A stretch of 64,000 nucleotides of DNA, taken from the NCBI GenBank assembly GCA_030390025.1, contig CM059431.1:97962001-98026000 (forward strand), written 5' to 3'. The DNA comes from Squalus acanthias (lineage: Eukaryota). The first letter of the stretch is position 1, and each line of letters opens with the position of its first letter. Shown here piece by piece: positions 41,901 to 53,900 of this stretch. The notes under the pieces were generated by a model. That model had not been told where the DNA came from, made no database searches, and worked only from the letters and a program-made list of their open reading frames with translations. Position numbers and translations under genes: made by a program.

Positions 41901-44900
41901 CCTCCGACAGTGCAGCGCTCCCTTAGTGCTGCCCCTCCGACAGTGCAGCACTCCCTCAGTACTGCCCCTCCGACAGTGCAGCGCTCCCTCAGTACTGCCC
42001 CTCCGACAGTGCGGCGCTCCCTCAGTACTGCCCCTCTGACAGTGCGGTGCTCCCTCAGTACTGTCCCTCCGACAGTGCAGCGCTCCCTCAGTACTGTCCC
42101 TCCGACAGTGCAGCGCTCCCTCAGTACTGCCCCTCCGACAGCGCGGTGTTCCCTCAGTACTGACACAGAATCATAGAATCATAGAAGATAGGAGCAGGAG
42201 TAGGCCATTCAGCCCCTCTAGCCTGCTCCGCCATTCAAGCGATCATGGCTGATCATCCAAATTCAGTACCCTGTCCCTGCTTTCTCCCCATATCCCTTGA
42301 TCCCTTTAGCCTTAAGAAATATATCCAACTCCTTCTTGAATCTATTTAATGAATTGGCCTCTACTGCCTTCTGTGGCAGAGAATTCACTCTCTGGGTGAA
42401 GAAATTCCTCCTCATTTCTGTCCTAAGTGGCTTACCCCTTATCCTTAGACTGTGACCCCTGGTTCTGGACACCCCGACCATCGGGAACATCCTTCCTGCA
42501 TCTAGTTTGTCCTGTCCTGTCAGAATTTTATAAGTTTCAATGAGATCCCCTCTCATTCTTCTAAACTCCAGCGAGTATAAGCCCAATCGACCCAATCTCT
42601 CTTCATACGTCATTCCTGCCATCCCAGGTATCAGCCTTGTGAATCTTCGCTGAACTCCTTCCATGGCAAGAACATCCTTCCTCAGATAAGGCGACCAAAA
42701 CTGCACACAGTACTCAAGGTGTGGTCTCACCAAGGCCCTGTACAACTGCAGCAAAACATCCTTGTTCCTGTACTCAAACCCTCTCGCTATGAAGGCCAAC
42801 ATACCATTTGCCTTCTTAACCGCCTGCTGCACCTGCATGCTTACCTTCAGCGACTGGTGCACAAGGACACCCAGGTCTCGTTGCACTTCCCCTTCTCCCA
42901 ATCTATTGCCATTCAGATAATAATCTGCCTTTCTGTTTTTGAGACCAAAGTGGATAACCTCGCATTTATCCACGTTATATTGCATCTGCCACGCTTCTGC
43001 CCAATCACCCAACCTGTCCAAATCATCCTGGAGTTTCTCGGCATCCTCCTCACAGCACACACGCCCACCCAGTTTTGTGTCATCTGCAAACTTGAAGATA
43101 ATACATCTAGTTCCCTTGTCTAGATCATTAATATATATTGTGAATAGCTTGGGTCCAAGGACCGATCCCTGCGGTACCCCACTAATCACTGCCTGCCACT
43201 CGGAAAAAGATCTGTTTATTCCAACTTTTTGCTTTCTGTCTGCCAACCAGTTCTCTATCCAAGTCAATACCTTGCCCCCAATCCCATGTGCCTTAACTTT
43301 ACACGCTAATCTCTTATGCAGGGACCTTATCAAAAGCCTTTTGGAAGTCCAAATACACCACATCCACTGGTTCTCCCTTATCTATTTTCCCAGTTACATC
43401 CTCAAAAAATTCCAGTAGATTAGTCAAGCATGATTTACCTTTTGTAAATCCATGTTGACTTTGTCCGATCCTGTCACTGTTTTCCAAGTGCTCAGCTATT
43501 ACATCTTTTATAATGGACTCTAGCATTTTCCCCACTACTGATGTCAGGCTTACCGGTCTATAATTCCCCGTTTTCTCTCTACCACCCTTTTTGAATAGTG
43601 GGGTAACATTAGCTCCCCTCCAATCCATGGGTACTGTTCCAGATTCCATCGAATGTTGGAAGCTGATCAGCAATGCATCTACTATTTCTAGGGCCACTTC
43701 CTTAAGTACCCTAGGATGTAGATTATCAGGCCCTGGGGATTTATCGGCCTTCAATCCCTTCAATTTCCCTAACACCATTTCCCTACAAATACTGATTTCT
43801 TTCAGTTCCTCCCTTTCATCAGACCCTATGTTCCCCAACATCTCTGGGAGGTTATTTGTGTCCTCCTTTGTCAAGACAGAACCAAAATATGTATTTAATT
43901 GGCCTGACATTTCTTTGTTCCCCATTATAAGTTCCCCTGATTCTGACTGCAAGGGACCTATACTTGATTTCACTAATCTTTTTCTCTTCACATATCTATA
44001 AAAGCTTTTACAGTCAGTTTTTATGTTCCCTGCAAGCTTACTCTCGTATTCTATTTTCCCCTTCTTAATTAATCCCTTTGTCCTCCTTTGTTGAATCTTA
44101 AACTGCTCCCAATCCTCAGGGTTACTGCTTTTTCTGGCCAATTTATATGCCCTCTCCTTGGATCTTATGCTATCCCTAATTTCTCTTGTTAGCCACGGTT
44201 GAGTCACCCTTTTTGTTTTATTCTTATGCCAAACTGGGATGAACAAATTCTGTAGTTCGTCCATGCGGTCTTTGAATGTTTGCCATTGCCTATCCACCGT
44301 CAACCCTTTGAGTGACATTCCCCAATCAATCCTACCCAACTCGCACCTCATACAATCGTAGTTTCCTTTATTTAAATTCAGGACCCTAGTCTCTGAGTCA
44401 ACTACTTCACTCTCCTAATGAAGAATTCTATCATATTATGATCACTCTGACCCAAGGGGCCTCGCACAACAAGATTGCTAATTAATCCTTTCTCATTGCA
44501 TAATACCCAGTCTAAGATGGCCTGATCTCTGTTTGGTTCCTCGACATATTGGTCCAGGAAACCATCCCGTAAACACTCCAGGAATTCCTCCTCCATAGTA
44601 TTGTTACTAATTTGGTTAGCCCAATCTACATGTAGATTAAAGTCACCCATGATGACTGCTGTGCCCTTATTGCACGCTTCTCTAATTTCCCTTTTAATGC
44701 CATCCCCAACCTCCGCATTACTCCGACAGTGTAGCGCTCCCTCAGTACTGCCTCTCCGACAGTGCGGCGCTCCCTCAGTACTGCCCCTCTGACATGCAGT
44801 GCTCCCTCAGTACTGCCCCTCCGACAGTGCTGCGCTCCCTCAGTACTGATCCTCCGACATGCAGTGCTCCCTCAGTACTGCCCCTCCGACAGTGCTGCGC

Positions 44901-47900
44901 ACCCTCAGTACTGCCCCTCCGACAGTGCGGCGCTCCCTCAGTACTGCCCCTCCGACAGTGCAGCGCTCCCTCAGTACTGCCCCTCCGACAGTGCAGCGCT
45001 CCCTCAGTACTGCCCCTCCGACAGTGCGGCGCTCCCTCAGTACTGCACCTCCGACAGTGCGGCGCTCCCTCAGTACTGCCCCTCCGACAGTGCGGCGCTC
45101 CCTCAGTACTGCCCCTCTGACAGTGCAGCACTCCCTCAGCACTGCCCCTCTGACAGTGCGGCGCCTCCTCAGTACTGCACTAGAGTGTCAGCCTGAATTT
45201 TGTGCTCAAGTCCCTGGAGTGGGACTTAAACCCACAACTGTTTGACTCAGAGGCAAGAGTACTACACACTGAGCCACGGCTGATACTGAAGGTCTTCTCC
45301 AGCCTGAAACTCTTACTATGGTAATTCCGAGCTTTTCATTACCCACAATAACTGGTACTTTTCCTTTAACCACCGTTCATTGCTTTGTTGCAGAAATTGG
45401 ACAGCACACGGTTGAGGTTTTACCTTTTCTCCCGCCTCTCCTTTTGCATAGATTGTCACGGGGGGTCCCGTCCCAGCTCCCGGGCCAGGGACTCCTGGCA
45501 AACCTGCTTCACCCTGAGGGACAACGGTTAAAACAAATGGTTAACAAGAGGTAAAGGCAGAAACCTGTTGTGCTTCAAAATCCTAATCTGACAGCATTAC
45601 AGGAGCGCTGGCACTGGGCTTGGAGTTAGTTTTTGCACCATAGGAAACTAATAAACTGTTGATTCGTCTGAAATTTCTTCATATAAAAGACAATCTAGGG
45701 CCCTTTATCCCTCTAGTGAAAATGACATCCTCTTCCAACTGATGTGTTGGTGGAAGAGAGAGACAGAGAGCGCACAAATCGGGCGATAACGAATCGACAA
45801 ATCGTTTTGCACTCCACCCGATTCTCTTTTCCATTGACTTCACTCTCTGCAACTCTTTCCATCCAATGCCTCTAGGTGAGCCATCCAATCCTTTGCCTCG
45901 TCTCCAGTGCTTCCCTCGCTTCCCTTCGCTCTACTGCAGACCCTCCACACCCCCCAACCCCCCTCTCCACCTCTCTCTCCACCTTCAGCCTCCTCAGAAC
46001 CTACCTCCTACCTTCTTTCATAAGAACATAAGAAATAGGAGCAGGAGTCGGCCATTCGGCCCCTCGAGCCTGCTCCACCATTCAATAAGATCATGGCTGA
46101 TCTTCGACCTCAACCCCACTTTCCCGCACTATCCCCATATCCCTTGATTCCCTTAATATCCAAAAATCTATCGATCTCTGTCTTGAATATACTCACTGAC
46201 TGAGCCTCCACAGCTCTCTGGGGTAGGGAATTCCAAAGATTCACCACCCTCTGAGTGAAGAAATTTCTCCTCAACTCAGTCCTAAATGGCCGACCCCTTA
46301 TTCTGAGACTGTGACCCCTGGTTCTAGACTCCCCAGCCAGGGAAACATCTTCCCTGCATCTACCCTGTCACATCCTGTCAGAATTTTGCATGTTTCAATG
46401 AGATCACCTCTCATTCTTCTAAACTCTAGAGAATATAGGCCCAGTCTACTCAATCTCTCCTCATAGGACAATCCCCCCCATCCCAGGAACCAGTCTGGTG
46501 AACCTTCGTTGCACTCCCTCTAAGACAAGTATATCCTTCCTTAGATAAGGAGACCAAAACTGTACACAATACTCCAGGTGTGGTCTCACCAGGGCCCTCT
46601 ATAATTGCAGTAAGACGTCTTTACTCTTATACACAAATCCTCTTGTAATGAAGGCCAACATACCATTTGCTTTCCTAATGGCTTGCTGTACCTGCATGTT
46701 AACTTTCAGTGATTCTTGTACAAGGACACCCAGGTCCCTCTGAACACCAACATTTCCCAATCTCTCACCATTTAAAAAATACTCTGCTTTTCTATTTTTC
46801 CTACCAAAGTGGATAACTTCACATTTCTCCACATTATATTCCATTTGCCATGTTCTTGCCCACTCACTTAGCCTGTCTATATCCCCTTGAAGCCTCTTTG
46901 CATCCTCCTCACAACTTACATTCCCACCTAGCTTTGTATCATCAGCAAACTTGGATATATTACATTTGGTCCCCTCATCCAAATCATTGATGTAGATTGT
47001 GAATAGCTGAGGCCCAAGCACTGATCCTTGCAGTAACCCACTAGTTACAGCCTGACAACCCGAAAATGACCCGTTTATTCCTACTCTCTGTTTTCTGTCC
47101 GTTAACCAATCCTCAATCCATGCTAGTATATTACCCACAATCCCAGGAGCCTTAATTTTGTTTAATAACCTCTTTCGGTTTCCTTCCCCAACCATTGTTC
47201 AAAGTCCAACTAATGTCACCTCTGTGAAGCCTTCCTTATGTTTTATTATGTTAAAGGGGCTACAGGAGTGCTCGTAGCTGCCTTTCTCTGATTTAATCTT
47301 TCTTATAGGAGTAAATGTTCAGATTTAGTGTTTGGAGCCAAAGGGTCCCATGATCACGTTAACGAATGGAAAACCACGCCGATTAAATCGGACACGTCGA
47401 GCTCCACGCCCGACCTTTCTGATGCGTGGCCATTCTGCAAAGTTCTGCGCCATCAAATGGACCCCAAGATGATGTTCAACAGTAACAACTCTTCGTAGAA
47501 TAAACAAATTCACCAACCTTGTCTCCAGTCCTCCCCTGGAAACTGACTGCATCGTTACCCTGTAAATCAACCGGTGACACAGCATTAACGGTTACGTGAA
47601 GACTTGCATTTCTCCAGCGTCTTTCCCAACCTCAGGAGGTCCCAAAACGCTTTACAGCCAATGAAATATTTTTTGAAGTGTAGTCACTGTTGTAATGTAG
47701 GAAACGCAGCAGCCAATTTGCTCACAGCAAGCTCCCACAAATAGCAATGTGATAATAACCAGAAAATCTGTTTTTGTTATGTTGGTTGAGGGATAAATAT
47801 TGGCCAGGGCACCGGGGATAACTCCCCTACTCTTCTTCGAAATAGTGGCCATGGGATCTTTTACGTCCACCTGAGAGAGCAGACAGGGCCTCGGTTTAAT

Positions 47901-50900
47901 GTCTCATCCGAAAAACAGCACTTCCGACAGTGCAGCACTCCCTCAGTACTGGCACTGGGAGGGTCAGACTGCATTATGGGCTCAAGTCCCTGGAGTGGGG
48001 CTTGAACCCACAATCTTCTGACTCAGAGGTGAGAGTGCTGCCCACTGACACAAGGCAGACAGATAGGAGCGTTTCACGAGAAGCATAGAAAGTGCTCAAT
48101 GTGATAAAGGTTTAATGCAACATGCAGAACGCAGCGGATATCTCAGCCCCCGATCAAGCGGACCGGAAAACACTCGGTCTACAATTCTCCGCGTATTGGC
48201 GAATTCACCTCTTTTGTTTGTTACTTAAAGTCCTCAGTTGGAGCATTATTTCCAATTCTGGGCACCACACTTTAGGAAGGATGTCAAGGCCTTGGAGAGG
48301 GTGCAGAGGAGATTGACCAGAATGGTTCCAGGGATGAGGGACTTCAGTTACACGGAGAGACTGGAGAAGCTGGGATTGTTCTCCTTAGAGCAGAGAAGGT
48401 TAAGGGGAGATTTAATAGAGGTGTTCAAAATGATGAGGGATTTTTTGAGTGAGTAGATGGGGAAAAACTGAGTCTGAAATTGAGTTTGAAGATGCCAGAG
48501 GAGAAGAAAGCAGCTCCCAAGAAGGGCGCCAAGAAAACCCTGAATAAAGTGCCAGCAAAGGGCAGCAAGAAGCGGAGAAAGTCGAGGAAAGATTGGAGAG
48601 GCTGAGGTTGTTTTCTTTGGAACAGAGGAGGCTGAGGGGAGATTTAACTGAGATGTATAAAATTATGAGGGGCATTGATAGAGTGGATAGGAAGGACCCA
48701 ATTCCCTTAGCAGAGAGGCCAAGAACCAGGGGCCATAGATTTAAAGCAGTTGGTAGAAGGATTAGAGGGGAGATGAGAAAAAAATTTTCACCCAGAGGGC
48801 AGTGAGGGTCTGGAACTCACTGCCTGAAAGGGTGGCAGAGGCAGAAACCCTCATCACATTTAAAAAGTACTTGGATATGCACTTAAAGTGCTGTAACTTA
48901 CAGGGCTACGGACCAAGAGCTGGAAAGTGAGATTAGCCTGGATAGCTCTTTTCCGACCAGTACAGGCATGATGGGCCAAATGGCCTCCTTCTGTGCTGTA
49001 AGATCCTGTGACTCTATAAGTCCTCAGCTGTTTCTGATTGTCTTGCAGTTCTGGAGCAAGGTGCATGTTTACAGGGGGTGAGGAAATCACTGGAGATACG
49101 TAGAAAGGCTTGAAAATTTGGAACTTTTTCACTGGACCTAAGACTTTAACAGAAATGTTCAAATTTGGAAAGCTTTTGAGGGAGTTACTAGTGAAAGATT
49201 GTTTCCACTGGTTGGTGAATCAGTAACGAGGGGCGCAGACTGAGGATTCTCACTGGGAGAATGAAGGGGGAAGATGGAAGAAATGTTTTCACCCAGAGGG
49301 TTGTTGGAACAGGGAATATTTTACCACAAGGGGCAATTGAGGCAGAAACATCATTTAAAGGGGAATTGGATCAATATTTGAAAAGCAAGAATATAAAAGG
49401 GTTTGGGGAAAGGGGATTAGATTGGACAGCTTCAGTTGGAGAGTTAGCACTGGCACAGAAACGATGGGCCGAATGGCCTCTATCTGTAAATTCTAGGTCT
49501 TATCCGTATCAGTAAAAGAAAAGGGCGGGTTAATGTTTTTGAGGAAGGGTCGGCACTCTAAAGGCTAACAACCTTTACTCGCTGTGTGTTTCCAGCATTT
49601 GCAGTTTTTATTTATTTTTTATGGCCTTGCTCCAATTATTGAGGGATGAGCAGAGCTTTACTTTACCCGTACTCACAGCGCGGGCTGTGGCTCACAGACT
49701 CGGCCCCAGACTATCTCCAACCCACGGTCCGATCTGGCGAGGGTCCATCGCAGGGAATGGAATTACCTCTTTACTCTCATTCAGAACAACAGAGGCAATT
49801 CCGAATGTTGGAGGTCAAGGCACATCTGCCCTTGAACAGGCAAAAATACAACAGCTCAGAAGGAGAATGAAACATTTAAATGCACATTTTTATATATTCC
49901 TTCTCGGGATGTGGGCGTCGCTGGCAAGGCTGCCTGACTGCCCATCCCTGGTTGCCCCGAGAAGATGGTGGTGGGCCTTCTCCTTGACCTCAAGTTGTGG
50001 ACGGTGCCGGGAAGGTCATATTTATTGCCCCTCGCTAGCTGCCCTCCTCGAACCTCTGCAATGATGATGGCATTTGGCTGGGAAATTCTAGGCTAGCAAT
50101 GATGAAGGAAATGGAACTAATCATAGAATCGCACAGCACAGGAGGAGGCCATTCGGCCCGTCGTGCCTGTGCCGGCTCTGTGAACGAGCTCTTCAATTAG
50201 TCCCACTCCCCCTGCCCCCCTGCTCTTTCCCCCAGAGTCCTGCAAATTTCTCCCCTTCAAGTATTTATCCAATTCCCTTTTGAAAGTTACTATTGAATCT
50301 GCTTCCACCGCCCTTTCAGGCAGCGCATTCCAGATCACAACAACTCACTGCGTAAAATTTTTAACCTCATCTCCCCTCTGGTTCTTTTGCCAATTATCTT
50401 AATTCTGTGTCCTCTGGTTACCGACCCTCCTGCCACTGGAAACAGTTTCTCCTTATTTACTCGATCAAAACCCTTCATGATTTTGAACACCTCTATTGAA
50501 TCTCCCCTTAACCTTCTCTGCTCTGAGGAGAACAACCCCAGCTTCTCCAGTCTCTCCACATCACTGAACTCCCTCATCCCCTGGTAACGTTCTGGTCAAT
50601 CTCCTCTGCACCCTCTCTAACAACAACAACAACTTGTATTTATATAGTGTCTTTTAACCTAGTTAAACATCCCAAGGCGCTTTACAGGAGTGATTATCAA
50701 ACAAAATTTGACACCGAGACGCATAAGGAGATATTAGGACAGGTGACCAAAAGCTGGGTCAAAGAGGTAGGTTTTAAGGAGCGTCTTAAAGGAGGAGAGA
50801 GAGGCGGAGAGGTTTAGGGAGGGAATTCCAGATCTTAGGGCCCAGGCAGCTGCCAATGGTGGAGTGATTAAGGTCTTGACATCCTTCCTAAAGTGTGATG

Positions 50901-53900
50901 CCCAAAATTGAACACAATACTCCAGCTGGGGCCTAACCAGTGTTTTAAAAAGGTTTAGCATAGCAGATGGGACAGATTATCTTAATTGCCATTGTTTTTA
51001 AGAGCAGCCCACACCAAGGGATTGTTGAATTCCTACCTTTGGACCTTGAGCACCTGGGGGTCCGGGCCTGCCCTATGGGGGAGAAGTTTGAGCAAGGTGA
51101 GAATCGGAAGAGCAAATTAAAACAAATAACAGCCACAATACAGAACCAAATAAATCACTCGGGAAGGTTTGGCATTCTGAGCGGGACGATTCCCAATACT
51201 GATACATACTTGTGGTCCTAATATTCCTGGAGGGCCCCTGGAGCCCATCTGTCCGGGGAGACCAGACGTACCCTGCAAGAGAAAGAAAGAACTTGTATTT
51301 CTACAGCGCCTTTCACAACCTCAGCACGTCCCAAAGCGCTTTACAGCCAATGAAGTACTTTTTGGAGTGCAGTCACTGTTGTAATGTAGGAAATGCAGCA
51401 GTCAATTTGCACAGATCCCACAAACAGCAATGTGATAATGACCAGATCATCGGTTCTTTAGTGATGTTGATTGAGGGATAAATATTGGCCAGGACACCGG
51501 GGAGAACTCCCCTGCTCTTCTTTAAATAGCTCCATGGGATCTTATACATCCACCTTGGAGAGCAGTCGGGGCCTCGGTTTAAAGTCTCGTCTGAAAGACA
51601 GCACCTCAGACAGTGCAGCACTCCCTCAGCACTGCACTGGGAGTGTCAGCCTAGATTTTTGTGCTCCAGTCCCTGGAGTGGGACTTGAACCCACAACCTT
51701 CTGACTCGGAGGCGACAGTGCTGCCCACTGAGCCACGGCTGTGACAAAAATAGCATTCAATATTTTAGAGGAACAAAATTTTTACCCAGTGCTCGTTGTA
51801 TCAGATGGGCGTGTTCCCTGTCTGCTGGAGAGGAGGAGTAACAATATCAAGCATAAAATCCAAATCATTATCACAAACACACCCCAGATTGAGGGAGTTG
51901 TTGTTCCGAGTTGGTGCTTCAAGTGAGGGAGCCTCTGTCACCAGAAGCTTCTATCGGAGGTTCGGACGTGAGTTGCCCACGATTTCCTGCAGTTTTGGAC
52001 GGACAATCACGGGGAAGGCTGTGCTCCCGGCTGGTCAGCCTCCCCGCATGAAACAGGAACTCTGAAAATGCCCCCCTCCCACTGCCCCAAAACCCAAAGA
52101 CTTACTGGATAACCAGGAGCACCTGCATGACCAGGATCACCCTGTAAACGGAAAGAGAATGGCACGTGGTTAGAATAGAATCATATTTCTTTTCATTTCT
52201 CCCTCCCTTTCCCATTGCCCGGTGGTTTCCCCCCTTTCTCCCCACTGTTTCCCAGAGGAATGATGGTTAGGCAGCTTGAACGCAGGCCTCATCTAATACC
52301 CTTATGACTCAGAGCCCGAGGGCGATGAGGTGCACGAATGATAAGGCTGTTGTGAATTAACTTACGCCGTAGTCTCAGTCACCAAACCGAGATCAGGCGC
52401 TCACTATTCACTGCAGTGTGATAATGAATCAATGATATGTGGGCGTTGCTGACAAGGCCGGCATTTATTGCCCATCCCTAGTTGCCCTGAGAAGATTGTG
52501 GTGAGTCGCCGCCTTCTTGAACCACCAGGCTTGCTGGGCCACTTCACAGGGCAGTCAAGGGGCTGGAGTCACACATAGGCCCAGACCGGGTAAGGACGGC
52601 AGGTTTCCTTCCCTAAAGGACATTGGTAAACCAGATGGGTTTTTACGACAATCCGACAGCTTCATGGTCACTTTTACTGACACCAGCTTTTCATATCTAG
52701 ATTTGTAAAACTGAATTGAAATTCTCAAACTTCTAGAAACTCACGTTCCGTGGATTCCTGGCCCAGTAACAGAGCCACGGCACCACAGCACCCACTCAAA
52801 CCTGGCGTCACAGATCTATGCCTCGTTTCTCAGTTCAGTTGTTCCCACTTTGCGCCTGTTAATTACGAGGACAGGTTGCCCAGGCTAGGCTTGTATTCCC
52901 TCGAGTGTAGACGATTAAGGGGTGATCTAATCGAGGTGTTTAAGATGATTATAGGATTCGATGGGGTAGAGAGAGAGAAACTATTTCCTCTGGTGGAGGG
53001 AGTCCAGAACAAGGGGGCATCACCTTAAATGATGAGGAAATCTATCGCAAGGAAGCATCACATACAGGCCACATACTGTCACACACCGCTTGGAATGTGT
53101 GTTCATTTGCAGAGTTATGTGAAACTCACCCTAAATCTCGTCCGCTCGACTGTAACGAGAAAAGGCTCCCCCTTCTGCCCCTTCCGGCCGGGAGCTCCCT
53201 ATGTAAGCAGCGAAGAATAAAAACATCAGCAGATCAGAATTTGTCTCTACAGCCTTCCGGACTCAACATTGAATTCAACAATTTCAGATCATAACCACTG
53301 CTCCCATTCTATCAGACAGCAGGAGCTGTTGATGATTCTGATTCCCATTCACACCTCCTCTTGACCCATCTTTTGTTTCTTTACTTATCCCATTACCATC
53401 TCCTTTCACCTTGCACCATCATCCCTTTTGTCATTTACCCTCTCCTGCCTTCCATCCTATCACAGACCTTCCCTTTTGTTCTTTCCTCCCCTCCCCCCTT
53501 TCCCAGCCCCTACACTTGCTTAAAAACCTGTTCCAACTCCAGCTTTTTCCAGTTCTGACGAAGGGTCATCGACCTGAAACGTTAACTCTGTTTCTCTCTC
53601 CACAGATGCTGCCTGACCTGCTGAGTGTTTCCAGCACTTTGTTTTTATTTCAGATTTGAAGCATCCGTAATATTTGGCTTTTGTTTCAGAATTTGTCTTC
53701 TTATGTGTGGTGTAAAAAATGCAAGAAGAAATGTTAGAACTGAAAACCATGAGAATGTGAGGATAGATTCAGCGATGCTGCACTCCCTCACTGATCCGCA
53801 CTCAGTGGGACTGGAGTTCTCAAATAGGACCATTAATATTATGGGATCAATTCTGGGACCCGTGTCCCCAGCGAATGAGACTTTGCGAAGGACAACAGCC

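Noticed and set aside
41117..42176. Cys/His repeat ORFs ([11 protein letters not shown])n, also at 12715, 44775, 60128 and 62932
   Set aside because: Translations of the 33-bp SINE-derived array, not zinc fingers or real genes.
49535..49620. Possible fourth hammerhead/Penelope remnant
   Set aside because: CUGANGA and GAAAC cores are both degenerate.
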